64,000 nt of DNA from Podarcis vaucheri (taxonomy: Eukaryota): assembly GCA_965113315.1 (NCBI GenBank), contig OZ220382.1, one strand, 5' to 3'. Each line of letters starts with the position of its first letter. The stretch's first letter is position 1. The notes under the pieces are model-generated. The model was not told where the DNA came from. It saw only the letters and a program-made list of their open reading frames with translations, and did no database searches. This document shows, one piece after another, positions 1-13,915 of the stretch. A program made the position numbers and the translations under genes.

Positions 1-295
1 GTTTCTATGGGTTTTAGGCCTGTTTGGATTTGCCCATGACCATCTAAATGACATTTCAGTTTAATTTGAATTCTGTCTTCCTTGAAGCAGGATAACTTTC
101 CAAGAAGCACATTATTAAGTGGAATATTTTTTAAAAAACATACAGTAAAGGGAAAACCTGCCAATGGAGCTCAGCAGAAGTGTTTTTGAGCAAGCATGCT
201 TAGCGTTGGTGTAAGAGGCACACATATGATCTCAGATGACTTTACTCAATAATTAGGCTTATTTCTGTTTCCTGTGTTTTGTTGCAGACCCTATG

Positions 296-433
296 CAGGG
301 ATGAGGACCCTGTGGTCCTCCAGACGTTATTGAACTTTGAATCCTATCATTCCTGACCATTGGCCATGCTGGCTAGGGCAGATGGGAGTTGTAGTCCAAC
401 AGCATCCAGAGGGCCAAAGTTTCTCTTACCTCT
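296..433. mobile_element. Palindromic hAT-type MITE (GACTACAACTCCCATC family); further copies near 31430, 34070, 36770, 37330, 39525, 52365, 54275 and 58541
   Basis: Self-complementary core ..TCCTATCATTCCTGACC..GGCTAGGGCAGATGGGAGTTGTAGTCCAAC.. recurring through the window. Confidence 0.7.
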
Positions 434-690
434 CCTACAGTTCTTCCCTAACAGTTCAGAGATATACACTGAGGTTCCAGTTACATTTCCTGGCTAATAG
501 CCATTGATAGCTACCCATAAGTAGTCAACATGCTGCCCTTCAGATGTTGGAAAGCTTCAATCCTCTGCATACCGACTTGGCTTGCTGATCATACTGCTCA
601 TCACTGGATCTGCCTCTGTCCACAATCAGCTACAGACTGATTGACTTTTCTTGCGGGTCCTTGGAAACTTTATAGGATAAAGATTCCACA

Positions 691-885
691 GGTAAAGGTA
701 AAGGGACCCGTGACCATTAGGTCCAGTCGTGACCGACTCTGGGGTTGTGGTGCTCATCTCACTTTATTGGCTGAGGGAGCTGGCGTACAGCTTCTGGGTC
801 ATGTGGCCAGCATGACTAAGCCACTTCTGGCGAACCAGAGCAGCGCACGGAAACGCCATTTACCTTCCCACCAGAGCGGTACCTA
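691..885 (-). mobile_element. Sauria (Squam1) SINE, 5'-truncated
   Basis: Tail GGTAAAGGTAAAGGGACCC and body matching the full-length copy at 8118. Confidence 0.9.
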
Positions 886-2078
886 TACCTCTATCTTAAT
901 CCATCTTGAAATGGTCAAGATATTCCATTTACTAAATGTGCATGACTGCCCCTTCCCCCACTTTCTTACTCACACAATATCTATTTCTTTTCTCTTTCTT
1001 CTTATTCTGTGGTGGTTACTTCTGAGACACTTCCCACTTTTAAAAAATCATGAAATGGAGGCCAGTGCAGAAACACCACTTGGGTTAGCTCTGAAATAGT
1101 TACCTTTTACTTTTTACTGAGTTGGTTTGAGGTTTACCCTACAGAGACTGATTATTGTTTTGCAATGGCATGCCTGCTTGGACAGATTATATTCTGCTTC
1201 ACTTACAGTATATAAGCAGCTGTGGGTTTTCCCTTTACACTGCTGTGAAGAAAGTTCAGTGGCTTGTTTAGCAATTATTCACTCTCCCCACCACCACCAC
1301 CACCACCACTTCCCCAATTCTCATGGATTTTCACTAGCCTCCACTGAGCTCAAGGGCAACCAGGGATGCAGGGACAACTCTCAAGGTCATATCTACACCA
1401 CACAACCTTAATACCTGCTTAACAGCAATTCCTGCTCTCCAATGATCCTGGGGTTTGTGAAGTGGTCTAGATATCTCTAACAGAGAATTCCCAGCAAACA
1501 GTGCCATTTCTATCATTAGGCTGTTGATGCTGAGGGTTGCAGAGCAGGAGGGTGTCTTAGAAATAAATATAGAAAGCAGTATTGAAATAAATGGAGGAAT
1601 AAGAGGACAGAGCTGTAGGGGCACATGATCTGCTCTGCATCCTCTAAGCTAGGCTGCTGCTCCCCTATGCAATGGAGGTCCCAGTCCCAATACTTAAGTA
1701 AAATTCAAGTACCAATCTGCTTGGCATCTGTATGTGAAATGTGGGGAAGAAACCTTTTCAGGTTTTGCCTCAAGTTCCAAAATGTCTTTGGTTGGCCCTG
1801 TCAGAAACCTACACTTCCCAGAGTTTTTGGGAGGGAAGGATATAACGATTAATTTAGGGATGGGGAGAATCACACAAGAATTTGGAGTTAACCTCCCCAG
1901 GCTACATCTGAAATTGTGCCCAGATCAGAACACAGACACAGAGATCAGTTTACATGTCTACAGACCTTTCTGAGTATGGTCAGCTCCTATTTACTGTTTT
2001 GTTGCTGCTCTTGTATAGCTATGAGTGAAGCCATCTCTTTCCCTGTACAACACCCTTGGTATACTAAGATTTTAAGTA

Positions 2079-2350
2079 CTGTATTGGCCCAAATATAAGC
2101 AGCACCCAAATATAGCCACACTTTTAAAATTCAAGAAAAAAAGGGGGGAAAAGACAATACCCGAATATAAGCCGCTCCCTTAAAATTCTGCAGGAACTCA
2201 CACCTGTTCCATTTTACTGTATGTCTGTTTCAACAGCGATACTGTAAAAGCCAATTTTTGTAAGGTCACAAATTTAAGCTGCATTTTAACTTTTCACTGT
2301 CAGAATTTTTTTGGGGGGGGAAAGTGAGGCTTATATTCAGGCCAGTATAG
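2079..2350. mobile_element. Tc2/pogo-like MITE
   Basis: TA-CTGTATTGGCCCAAATATAAGCAGCAC...GTGAGGCTTATATTCAGGCCAGTATAG-TA. Confidence 0.8.
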
Positions 2351-3702
2351 TATTTGATTGAATGAATTACTCATGTGCAGGCAAGGGACATGAACCAGAT
2401 TAAGAAAGTTCCACCCAACCATAACAGCAATAAAAGGTATTTACTGTGGACATTAAGATTAGATGCTTTCAAATGTTTTTAGATATTCTAAATGGTTTTA
2501 ACTATGTTTTTTAAAAAATATATTTAAATGTTTTAAATATGTTTTCAAATTTCAGCATTGCTTAAACATTTTGGTGTTTGCCGCCCTCTGCTCCTTTGGG
2601 AGGAAAGATGAGATACAAATGTAAAAATAAGTAGGTAAGTGAATGAGTAAATCAAACAAATGAGATTCCTCTGGCATCCTAATAATTCCTAATAATTATC
2701 CCTCATTCCAACCTACAAATAGCCAATGATGCTCCAGTTCATGTGCCAGATCTAGCCACTCTTTCATTGGCAAGGCAAGTGGAAAAGATTCAGACACCTT
2801 TCCAGCAGGGACTGAACTGAGAACAACAACTCCTTTCCCCCCAAAACCATTAGAATGTAATTACTTTGGGCACTTATTCCATTGTTCTGCTTGGCAGGAT
2901 GGAAGAAACCACTGATTTGGAGGCAAAAGGCCTGTGCACATTTTTCTTTAAAAATAAAATAAAATTTAAAAATCCTATTAGGGCTGACTTGAGCCAAGTC
3001 CCCACTGGATAGACTTAATGAAATGAATTTTGCCAGTTGTTACTAAGCCCCTGGGAGGTATGGTTGTTTGAGTCCTCTCTGACCTCTTTCTTGGCTGTCT
3101 CAGCTTGATGTTTTCTATTACAATCCATTACAAATCACTTTTGCTTTCAGAACAGAGGCCAGCAGTGAGGCCTGCTGGAGAAAAACAAAACCACAGCCCA
3201 GCTGCGAATCAATGCGCAGTTTGAGTTATTTGATGCAAATCTGAAACGCCAGCGGCATATATTTGGATACGAAGGTTGTGGGATCATAAGGAATTTTAGA
3301 GCTGAAAAGGACTGCGGTGGAGGTCTGCACACAAGAAGGGCCTGCAGGATCAGGCCAGAAGTTCATCTAATGCAGCATCCGGCCAACCAGACACCTATGG
3401 GAAGCCAGTAAGGACGACCTGAGCACAACAGCACTCACCCTACTTGGGACTCTCTGCAAATGGTATTCAGAGGCATACTGCCCCCAACAGTGGAGATAGA
3501 AGATAGCCTTTGTGACCATGAGCCATCGTTAGCCTTATCCTCCATGAAATTGTCTAATTCTTTTTTTTTAAGCCATCCAAGTTGGCCATCTTTATCTCTT
3601 GTCAGAGCCATTTCCACAGTTTAACTATGTGTTGTCTGAACTTTTGCCTGTCCTATTTTTTAAACATTCAACTTCACGGAATGTCCCCAAGTTCTAGTGT
3701 TA

Positions 3703-4040
3703 AAAAGGTAAAGGGACCCATGACCATTAGGTCCAGTCGTGACTGACTCTGGGGTTGCGGCGCTCATCTCGCTTTATTGGTGGAGGGAGCCGGCGTACAG
3801 CTTCCGGGTCATGTGGCCAGCATGACCAAGCCACTTCTGGCGAACCAGAGCAGCGTTTACCTTCCCGCCAGAGCGGTACCTATTTATCTACTTGCACTTT
3901 GACATGCTTTCGAACTGCTAGGTTGGCAGGAGCAGGGACCGAGCAACGGGAGCTCACCCCGTTGTGGGGATTCGAACTGCCGACCTTCTGATCGGCAACT
4001 CCTAGGCTCTGTGGTTTAACCCACAGCACCACCCGCGATC
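3703..4040 (-). mobile_element. Sauria SINE, near full length, inserted in an older CR1-like fragment (~3335-4210)
   Basis: tRNA-like head with B box GTTCGAATCC; TSD TCTAGTGTTA (3693-3702 / 4044-4053). Confidence 0.93.
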
Positions 4041-6276
4041 TAGTCTAGTGTTATGAGAGAATAAAAACTTTTCTTTCTCCACTTTCTCCACATTATGTGT
4101 GATTCTGTATGCCTCTATAATGTCTCATATTCCTTTCCTTAGCTCTGAACTAGAAAAAAAAGCCCCAGATGTATCCTTTTTCCATAGGGGAGCTGGAGCT
4201 GCTTCATCCCTCCTTCAGACCCAACTATTGGGGGGGGGTGGCATTCTCATTCTGTTGGATCATAATGACTCAGGGTAGCTTTATCATGTCACATTGTGAA
4301 GACAATGGATGATTCACCCATGTGGCGCTTCTATCACAAAACATCTCAGAGATTGACTAGGTCTATTGCCAACTTAGCTATTTGCTTTGGAATTGACATC
4401 ATTCATTCATCCATCCATCCATCCATTCATTCAGTTGTTGCAAAGAATCTGGACATCACTGCTGCTAAATTATTGCATGCCTATTATTTCCTTTCTGTGT
4501 TCCAATCTTTTCAAAGATCCAGTCTGTGGCAATTTTTCTGACTATGAATACAATTGCAGTGTGCTCACTTCAGCAGCACATATCCTAAAATTGGCAAGAT
4601 GAATGCAATTGTAGTGCCAGTTTGCCCACTGTGGACTGATCATGTGCTATTGATGCACTTGGCGGGAGGAGTGGTCTAGGCTGGTGATGCTCTCCTGCTC
4701 TGCATCGCTTGCCCTGCATTTCCTGACTTTACTGTGGATTGAACTTACCTGCAAGACTTTTGAGATTGGTCTTAGGAACTATCAGTCTAAAGGGAAGCTC
4801 CTTAATAAAATTCCAGAGTGGGTGGAGAAGGCAGCACTGGCAGTCTGCAATTCAGGGAGTTTGATCTCAGGAGGAGAGACACCCAGAAAGGTGCCAGCTG
4901 ACATTACCCCCTCCAGTGACATTTATTAAAGCAGAGAAACAAGAGTAAAGTTGAGAGTTTAGCAAGCGCTTCTTCCTTTTTCCAGCATTTTTTGATAAAC
5001 CTGTCAGTTTGGCCCTTCCCACACTTGGAACTTGGACCCTGGGTGTATCAAGTACACTGCCAGCACCCCTGAAATTCCACCATGGGACCTGGTTTTTTGG
5101 GCTCCTGGGCAGCTCCTGAAACTCCCACCCTCGGGGCCACAGAAGCCAGGCAGGAGATCTGGGGTGTGTTTGCTCAAAAGTAAGCCCCATTCGGCCCTTG
5201 AAAATGCTTGGGATTGCAGCTTTTGATCAATAAAAGTTTTCACCATTTGGAGAGGATTAAAATGACTTCAGTTTGTCCCAGCCGCTGGCCTTACTGACAC
5301 TAGCCCTTTAATTAGTCATTTCCTGAACCCATTCCCTACAAACCACTGGTATGATCGAGATCAGCCCTTTAATCACTCATTTCCTCTTTGTAGCCAGAGG
5401 AATCCTACCATTTTCTTAGCTGTTTATTTTAGGGCTCATCCACACTTCCCAACATCTTTTCTTATTTCAGGTGTGAAATGTGCCCCCCCCATCCCCTCTG
5501 CTGTTTTTTTCTCTGATTAAACCTGGATGCCAGCAGCTGAATCAGGTTTTATGAGTCCCAGGGAAAACCTGTAGAGAGATTTGCCCCACTTCCTAAACCC
5601 TTCCAATAATAGCTCCAGAATGGGATTCCTTTTGGCTTTGAAGGCACATTCTTCCATTGTCTCTTGAGACAGATGGATGCCACAAATGGTCTATCCCTCA
5701 AAGATAATTTTTTTCAGTTGTCTTTCCAGCTTCTGGAAAGTGCACTTCCAGTTCTCAGTGTTGCTGATGTGATCTAAGGATTTTTAAAAATTATTATTTA
5801 AAGATTTCCCCTTTATTTTAGTGCTCATATGAAAACTTAGATCGTATGATATGTGCACAAAAGCAGAAGTCTGCTGACTTTGCAGTTTATTGTTTCTTCT
5901 GATTCTATGCTTGTTTGTTTTGAAGACATCTCTTGTTATTTGCATGGCTCAAACCAAGCAGTAGACCAACGACACTGGCTGTTCCAGAAGCTGGATCTGC
6001 AGGTGCTTCTGGCCTCGCAACAAATGCAATGGAAGGCAAAATTGCAGTGGGTGTAACAACTGTGGGGCACAGCTGCATAAGGTACTGCTGGCATCTAAAT
6101 GGAGACAGCTCAAGGTGTTTTGGTGCCTGAGGTGAAATGCCCTGCTACCACCCCATGATGCAAGAGGTGTGAGGCTCTGCAAGGGCTTTCTCTCAAGGGC
6201 CCAGAGTGGAAAAGAATAAACTCCACAAGGGCTTATCCTCAAAGGAAGTGGCTGCTTCACACCACTTCATCTATGG

Positions 6277-6575
6277 CAGGGGTGGCCAACTCCCAAGAGA
6301 TTGTGATCTACTCACAGAGTTAAAAACTGGCAGTGATCCACCCCCTTTTGGGGGTTCAGGTCAAAGTTGTTGAGGTTTTTTTAAGGAAGGAGGAAGACCC
6401 ATTTCTTAGGGATCCGGGTCAAAGTTGTTAGGCTTTTGTTAGGGAGGAGGAAGGTTTGTTTTTCAGGGGTTCAGGTCATACTTACTGAGGTTTTTTATGG
6501 AAGGAGGAAAGCACAGGTTTTTTTTTTTGGGGGGGGGTTGCAGGGCTAAAATGTTGAGCTTTTTTAGGGGAGCCA
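6277..6575. mobile_element. hAT-like element left end with about 4 degenerate ~60-bp internal tandem repeats
   Basis: Starts CAGGGGTGGCCAAC; unit GGGTTCAGGTCAAAGTTGTTGAGGTTTTTT..GGAAGGAGGAAG repeated at 6350-6570. Confidence 0.6.
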
Positions 6576-8117
6576 GTCCTGCCATTTAGGGCCTCTTTCG
6601 TAGTCTCACACATGTTATGTAGAAAAACATGTGGGCAAACAGCAGGCCAAGTGTCACCTGTGGCTCTTTAAACATCTGAATGCATGCTCTGCCATGCTAT
6701 GGCACCGATTAAAATATCTTTTGTAAATGCAGTTGATACTCAGCTTATACAGGGCTTGAATTCTGGGGAAAGTACATAATGTCAAAATCTTGTACAGTCA
6801 TAACACACTCTCCCTACATCTCCAAATGCTCTCCCAATGTAAGTGCAATGGCAGATGAGATTGTCCATGTTATCTGCCCCGCTGGACACTGACCCCTTTT
6901 TATTGTTTTCTATTTTTTCAGTAAAATGCATAAAGCTGAATGCACACAAATTGCAAATGACCTGTACGGTGGGGCCGCAACTCATTCTCACTTCACAGCT
7001 TTGCATTGGGGGTGGGGATAGGAAAATAAATAAATGGAGAGTGGGGGAAACCTGCCATGGAAAGAGCTTCACTTACTGGAGCTCTTGCGTGTTCCTCCCA
7101 AAGACCAGTAAACAGTCCTCCAACTCACCTAAAGATCTTTGGGAAGGTTCCTTTGATTCTGATAAAGGTGGAATATAATCAAACTTCCATGCAAGTTTTG
7201 TGCAAGCAAATCAGGACGAATGCTTAATAAATGGGTTGTCTGGAGGAATCCCATGTACATGGGCACAGTTGCCCTCTCAATAAACCCTCCCAAGTTTTGA
7301 TGGCTGATATGTGGTCTGAAATAGTCCAGCTGATTTTATGATTCCATATATACTTTACCTAGAACCTGCCTCCCAGAATCACAAGTTTCTCTCTCTGCTG
7401 TGCTATAATGAGTCCAGTGGCCACTTGGCCTATGCTTGTAACCCTATTCCTCCAAGAAAGGCAAGTCCTAGGCTCCCTTCAGTGCCTGTAACTCACCTGC
7501 CCATTTGGAAAAGGAAACTGACTTTGCTGGGTTCAGCAAGATCTCTGGATCTGATCTATAGACTTCTCTTTGCTCTCTGGAGGTGGGAAGGGACAGAGAG
7601 CATATATTCTTTCTGAAACACATCATTTTGACTGCCCAGTAGGGAAATGACGAGTGAGCCCAAAGGTTATTTGAGCAGGCTTTTGCAACAGTTATGTCTT
7701 TTGCTGCTTATATTGCTGATGCTTGCAGATTTTTGGTAACGTTCCCACACCCAGTTGTACCATATGACTCTGGTCTGTGCCAGCGTTGTGTGTCAGGAGA
7801 CGCTGTTGTAACAATATTCTATTTTCTCCACTTTCCCTGTCCAATAGTTTGTGGCTGAAGGTGTTTCACAGCCATCTGGATGTGCAAAATAACAACAGGC
7901 AACTCAGTCCTTGATGCAACTTTGAAGACCTCAGTCTTTTGCTTAACGATGTGACAATGCCCTGAATTGAAGAAAAATAAAAAAACAGCAGCTGCTGCTT
8001 TGTGTCTTGGAAAATCTCCTGCAACGTTAGCACACCAGACTTCCAAAGAATGGCAGAATATGTTGGCTGTCAAGGGTAGCAGTTAAACATTAAATAATAT
8101 TGAAGTAATTTGTGACA

Positions 8118-8472
8118 GGACGCGGGTGGCGCTGTGGGTTAAACCACAGAGCCTAGGACTTGCCGATCAGAAGGTTGGCGGTTCGAATCCCCGCGATGGG
8201 GTGAGCTCCCATTGCTCGGTCCCTGCTCCTGCCAACCTAGCAGTTCGAAAGCACCTCAAAGTGCAAGTAGATAAATAGGTACCGCTCCGGTGGGAAGGTA
8301 AACGGTGTTTCCGTGCGCTGCTCTGGTTCGCCAAAAGCGGCTTAATCACTCTGGCCACATGACCCGGAAGCTGTACGCTGGCTCCCTCGGCCAATAAAGC
8401 GAGATGAGCGCCGCAACTCCAGAGTCGGCCATGACTGAACCTAATGGTCAGGGGTCCCTTTACCTTTACCTT
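8118..8472 (+). mobile_element. Sauria SINE, full length
   Basis: A box TGGCGCTGTGG, B box GGTTCGAATCC, (ACCTTT)n tail; TSD TAATTTGTGACA / TAATTCGTGACA. Confidence 0.95.
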
Positions 8473-9087
8473 TAATTCGTGACAATGCCACAATACTTTA
8501 TATGAACTGCATGGGGGCTGGCTGTTCCCCTTTCCCTGAAGACATTTTGAAAGAGAGAGTTCATGGTGTTGTGGGCATCACACCTTCACATCTGGAAAAC
8601 AGGTTTTGCAGTTGTGTGTGTGGGCGGGGTATTTGGTGCTCTTTCAAAAATACAACACACCTGCTTGACCAGCGGCAGCTTTGGGACAAAAGAAAAATGG
8701 CACTACCCCAGGGCCTCTCTATCACAGCTACAAGTCTATAAAGGACTGGGCCTGGGGAAGACTCCTGAGGAAGGCCCACAGAGATAGCAACAGTTACAGG
8801 CCATGATATGAGCTAAAATGTTTTTCCAAAATAACCACACACAGCCCAGCAAATAAGTGAGAAATGGATGAATGGGTTAATATAAGAAGGATGCCAGTAG
8901 ATGGAAAGGAAGAGTCACATATATCTCTCCAATCATACCTGACCATTGGCCATGCAGGCCGGTGCTGATGGGAGCAGGAGTTCAACATCTGGCAGCTTGA
9001 ATGTTCCCCATCCACGGCCTTGAGAGAGATGAGGGAGCATTGCAGGTAATTTTAGACCCTGGATAAATTTTAGACCCATGGCCATCA

Positions 9088-9546
9088 TGGCCTAGGACCC
9101 TCGTACCTACGGGACCGCCTCTCCCGGTATGCCCCACGGAGAGCCTCAAGGTCCATAAATAGCAACACCCTTGTGGTCCCGGGCCCTAAGGAAGTTAGAT
9201 TGGCTTCAACCAGAGCCAGGGCCTTTTCAACTCTGGCTCCGGTCTGGTGGAACGCTCTGCCTCATGAGACCAGGGCCCTGCAGGATCTGATTTCTTTCCA
9301 TAGGGCCTGTAAGAGAGAGTTGTTCCGCCTGGCCTTTGGCTTGGAGTCAATTTGATTCCCTCCCCCCTCTTTCTTTTTTCCTTTCTCCTCCTGTGAAGAG
9401 GCTGCATTTTAATATTTTAATGTTTCAATATTTTAATGTTGTATTTTAATTTTGTTTTAAGTTGTATTCATTCAACTTGTTTTTATTATTGCTTGTGAGC
9501 TGCCCTGAGCCCGGCCTTGGCTGGGGTGGGCGGGGTATAAATAAAA

Positions 9547-9596
<50 letters not shown>
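9088..9596 (+). mobile_element. L2-type LINE 3' fragment with (TTA)n tail
   Basis: GPSYLRDRLSRY..RARAFSTLAPVWWNALP..SFHRACKRELFRLAF (L2 ORF2 C-terminus). Confidence 0.85.
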
Positions 9597-10046
9597 CTTT
9601 AGATGGTGATGTGCATTACTTCACTTAAACAAAGATGTTGTAACCCAAACCTCCTGAGACAGGCAGCCAAAGACACTGCGCTGCCTCAAAGGACAAGATG
9701 GCACTGCCTCCCATTCCATGTACAGAAGCCAACTGAACTGGCTGATGGACCTTCAACACTGGGCAGCATCTTCTACTGTACCTGAGAGCCATGCATAGCA
9801 CAGGGCAGGCCACTCCCAGCTCTGTCCTCCAATGTCTTGCCATTCTCCTGGATCTGCTGCTTGAGGCAGACCTCACTCTACCTATTGGAAAGGTCTCTGC
9901 CTGCTGTATCTAGGGACCCTCCTGCTTAAGAACAGAATAGCAACCTGCTGGATCAGACTAATAGCCTATCTAGTCCAGTATCCTACTCTTACAGCAGCCA
10001 GCAAAATGCCTATGGAAAGCCCGCATACAGAACTCCAAGAGCACTT

Positions 10047-10645
10047 TGTTGGAGAGAGAGGTTTGGAAGAGAGATTCTTACTCTCTTGTAGCACAGTTAG
10101 CTCAATATTGCTCCAAGCCCATTAAAACTTTGTTAGATGTACATCTGCCCTCATTCACCTTTAAGCAATTGTTCCCCATGAAAATACTTAGGCTAGAATA
10201 AATCAGACACTTGACTTTGCAAATAAGTGTACGCTTTACTCACAGAGTTTCAGAAGTTACAGCAAACAAGTCTCCATTGGCTGGCAGTAAACAAAGAAGA
10301 AAATGTTCCAAATGACTTGGTTTCCTTACAAAAGAATCATGCAGTTTTTGTGTTAGCAAAGAAACAGGCTGTAAAAATCTCCTTTAAGAGAGATTCATGC
10401 ACTTGGTTTTCTACATGAGCTGGGAGCCATGTTTGGCTGTAGCTTCAAGGAAACAGGAGAGAGAGGGGGGGATCAAAGGCTGCTGGGAGCCTGCTATGTC
10501 ACACCCATGGTCACTTGAGCTCAGGGCTCAGGTTAACCATTTCATGCACACAAGTGTAAGCCAATAACTGTATATTACAATAATTGCCCTTCTCTGATGA
10601 GCACATGCATAGATATACAAACTATAACATGTTAAGAACCCCCAA
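10047..10645 (-). repeat. 3' LTR of the Copia element (inner boundary approximate)
   Basis: Begins TGTTG on the plus strand and is colinear with 14411-14966 over about 520 bp. A purine-rich PPT-like stretch lies just inside on the minus strand. Confidence 0.85.
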
Positions 10646-10660
10646 ATCCCATCTTGACCT

Positions 10661-11396
10661 CTTTTTTCCTTTTTTCTGTCTTTAATTTTTTTATTTATAT
10701 GCTGACAGATAAACTTGACATACAAACATATAACAATTAAACATAAAAAGTGAAAAAATCATAATAAAAATATGTTAATACACAAAACAGAAAAAAACCA
10801 ATCTTAACAATATTAACAAAAAGAAAAAAGAAAAAAGAAGAAAAAGAAAATAATGATTAAAATAAACACATATCTTAAAAATAAGTGATATATGTAACCA
10901 AATTTCATATCCATTTTCTTTGTTGACTTCCTTCGTCCTCTATGAGGGTCTAATATCACCTTTAGTAATCTGTTTCCATTTGTCTACTTATTATCTCTCT
11001 TTGTAATTCTTTGTAATTATCTTTTTTTCTAATCATATATCAATTTGCAGAAGTTAATTGAAATAAATCCAAGCAGTAATATGTGGGCATTGCTTTTTCA
11101 AATATCCATTGTATTTTCCCCAATCTTTTTGAAATTTTTGCTTGCTGTGGTCATTCTTGTTAATTCAACATAACTAAATAGCTTATCTTGCCACTCTTTT
11201 TTGGTTGGAATTGTCTCTTTTTTCCTTTTTTTGCAATCAGAGTTCTAGCTACTGCCACAGCATACAAAAATATTTTTTATCATCTTTAGATATATCTGTA
11301 TCAGTTATTCCCAGCAGGAAGTCTTCTGTTTTCCCCCCACAATGTGAAAAAGAATCAAGGGATTTGGTTTTTGAAGAAATGAAGAAAATCTTTAAA
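10661..11396 (-). mobile_element. 5'-truncated L1-clade LINE (ORF2 C-terminus plus AT-rich 3' UTR) nested in the Copia element
   Basis: T-rich tail at 10662. Minus-strand translation includes KKYFLYAVAVARTLIA..IPTKKEWQDKLFSYVEL. Candidate TSD ATCTTGACCT (10651-60) / ATCTTTGACCT (11397-11407). Confidence 0.75.
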
Positions 11397-13070
11397 ATCT
11401 TTGACCTGCAGGTTCTCAAAGCTGTCTCTAGGTAGAGGTTTGGTCAGTGTGCTGATTGTCCAATCTCTTTCACCTAGAGAATCTGTCTTTCTGCATATAA
11501 GACTCCCACTGTCTCTGCAATGCTTGGTCTACAGTTGTAGTTAAGTACAGGAGCTTCCCTAGGGCTGATCTGTACTTAGTGTTGTCTGGCAACAATGTGG
11601 ATTCATCCTTCCCCTTTACAAAGTCTGTGGTCATGGGTGTATGTACTGGGTCAGTGTCTTTCAGACCAAGGGTGTTTGATAGATCTATGATCTTCTGTCT
11701 CTGGTTCAGAAGAGAAGATCCATCTCACTTCTTTTCTATGTGAACCTCAAAGTAGAAATTCACATTCCCTAACTATTTGATTTCCACTTGTTTATTAAAA
11801 TAGTTCACAAGTTCTGTGTAATCTTTTCAAACACATGCACAAATCAGGTTGTCAATGTAACACAGAATGTAGCAAAGATGTCCATTTTTCTTTCTAGTGT
11901 ATAGGCATTTGTCTCCATTGCTTTGTGTGTGACGTAGCTGCTCGATTATGCCACTCAATTTGTCATTCCAAGCTCTAGCAGCTTGTTTCAGTCTATATGG
12001 TCCCTTTTGCAGTTTGTATCCTAGATAGACTTGATTTGGTTTAGTAAAGTCTTTTGGCTGTAGCATGTAGATCTCCTTTGATAAATGCAGTCTTAATGTC
12101 TTTGTGTTTAAGTTGCATTCTCTTGGAATGGGTCTTGGACAAGTCTTTTTGCATCTGATATTCTTCCTCTGGATTACTGGGACAGTCTATGATAGTTCCA
12201 GCTCTGCCAGCTTTGTTTAGTTCTTTGAAACTCTATGTAACGGTACATGTATTATGCTGACCTTGCCTGCATTCAAGTCCTTGAAGCCTTTATTGCCTTT
12301 TTCATACCCAATCATTATAGTCCTTTCTGCTCTGGGATCAAGCTTGTGTCTATTTTGGTGAGGTATAGAAGCATAGGAAATGCTACCAAATATGCATATA
12401 CCACAGTTAATATGGTGTGTGTGTTCATTCATTGATTGGCTGTCTGTTCTGCAGATATACTTTTACATCACACCACATGTGTCTTAGCATGCAGTCAGTC
12501 ATTTCTATGAGAGACCTAAACTTCCTCTTAGCTATCGAGTTCTGTTAGGGTTGATGAACAACAGTCCTTATGTGTGTGACCCCTTGCTGATTCAGATACC
12601 CTTGCATTTCATTAGAAGCATCGGAAGGGCATTCAGTTTCTTCTCAAACTTGTTGCTCACCTTTGCAACAGTCACTGAGCTTGTCAAAAGTTTCCCTTTT
12701 AGGATGTAGGCTGTGCGATACCTTAAACGATCATGCAGAAAGATTAGAGCATACTTAATTCCTCCCAGTGAAAGGACATGGAATGGGCCACACACTTCAC
12801 TATATTTCATTGCAAGCACACACGTGCTTCTCTTCTCAGTGCATGGGTAAAAGCTTGGCTTGCAACTTTTCTGTAAAATGTAATTTTCGCAATTAGCTGT
12901 GTCATATGAGCCAGGTGTTACCTGAAGACCATTTGCCAGTTGCTCTGGAGTTCCTTTACAGAATTCCCACTCCATGCTGTGCCAGAGCTCCAGGGTGGCT
13001 TCATCCTTCTGCTGGGTATGAGAAACACCTGCTACCTCTTGTCAAGCGATTTGCTTCATAGATGCCATTA

Positions 13071-13296
13071 CAGTGGTACCTTGGGTTACATATGCTTTAG
13101 GTTACAGACTCCGCTAACCCAGAAATAGTACCTTGGGTTAAGAACTTTGCTTCAGGATGAGAACAGAAATCGTGCTCCGGTGGCACGGCAGCAGCAGGAA
13201 GCCCTATTAGCTAAAGAGGTGCTTCTGGTTAAGAACAGTTTCAGGTTAAGAACGGACCTCCGGAACGAATTAAGTACTTAACCCAAGGTACCACTG
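13071..13296. mobile_element. Tc1-mariner/Tigger-like MITE nested in the Copia pol region
   Basis: TIRs CAGTGGTACCTTGGGTTA / TAACCCAAGGTACCACTG with TA on both sides. Same family as 16775, 17931 and 53226. Confidence 0.9.
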
Positions 13297-13779
13297 TAGT
13301 TAAGTTTGTTTCAGCATATAAAGCATCATCTTCAACTTGGCATTTGCCCTTCTCAAAGTGCACTGCAAACCCTTTCTTGTTCAATGCAGAAACACTAAGG
13401 CTATTGACTTGGAACATGTAAAACATCAACCACATTATTGCCTCTTGGATCTGCATCTTTACTCTGCATCTTAAAGTGCTGGATCTCTTGCCTTGGAGCT
13501 ACATTGCATCACCCTTAGCAATCACAATGTTCCAATTTGTGGCTTCTAGACTGTTAAAGACTGCCACAGTCTGTTTTGGAATTTAGTCTTGGCCCAAGAA
13601 GTTCCTGGGCTGAGACAGCTTCCTAAAAAAGCCAAATGCAAATTCCAGTTTCCTTAAAGCCTCATCTGCAGATTCACATTGTTTAGTCCCAACAGGGAAA
13701 AGGGTAGGGTATAGATAATTAATTAATAATAGCAACAGCAGCCACAACAACAACATGGATCTGCATGGATTCTCTAAGC

Positions 13780-13915
13780 CAGGGTTTCCAAAGCTTGGGT
13801 GTCCACCTGTTTTTGGACTACAACTCCCGTCATCCCTAGCTAGCAAGACCAGTGGCCAGGGATGGTGGGATTTGTAGTCCATAAGCAGAAGGAGACCCAA
13901 GTTTGGGAAACCCTG
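13780..13915. mobile_element. Palindromic hAT MITE nested in the Copia element
   Basis: TIRs CAGGGTTTCCAAA / TTTGGGAAACCCTG; 8-bp TSD CTCTAAGC / CTTTAAGC. Confidence 0.85.

Noticed and set aside
641-1099. 152-aa ORF, and similar peptides at 8167-8493 and 3755-3991
   Set aside because: Antisense translations of Sauria SINE copies.
5302-5385. Two 23-bp imperfect direct repeats (AGCCCTTTAAT..TCATTTCCT) separated by 38 bp
   Set aside because: Only two copies; best explained as a small local duplication.
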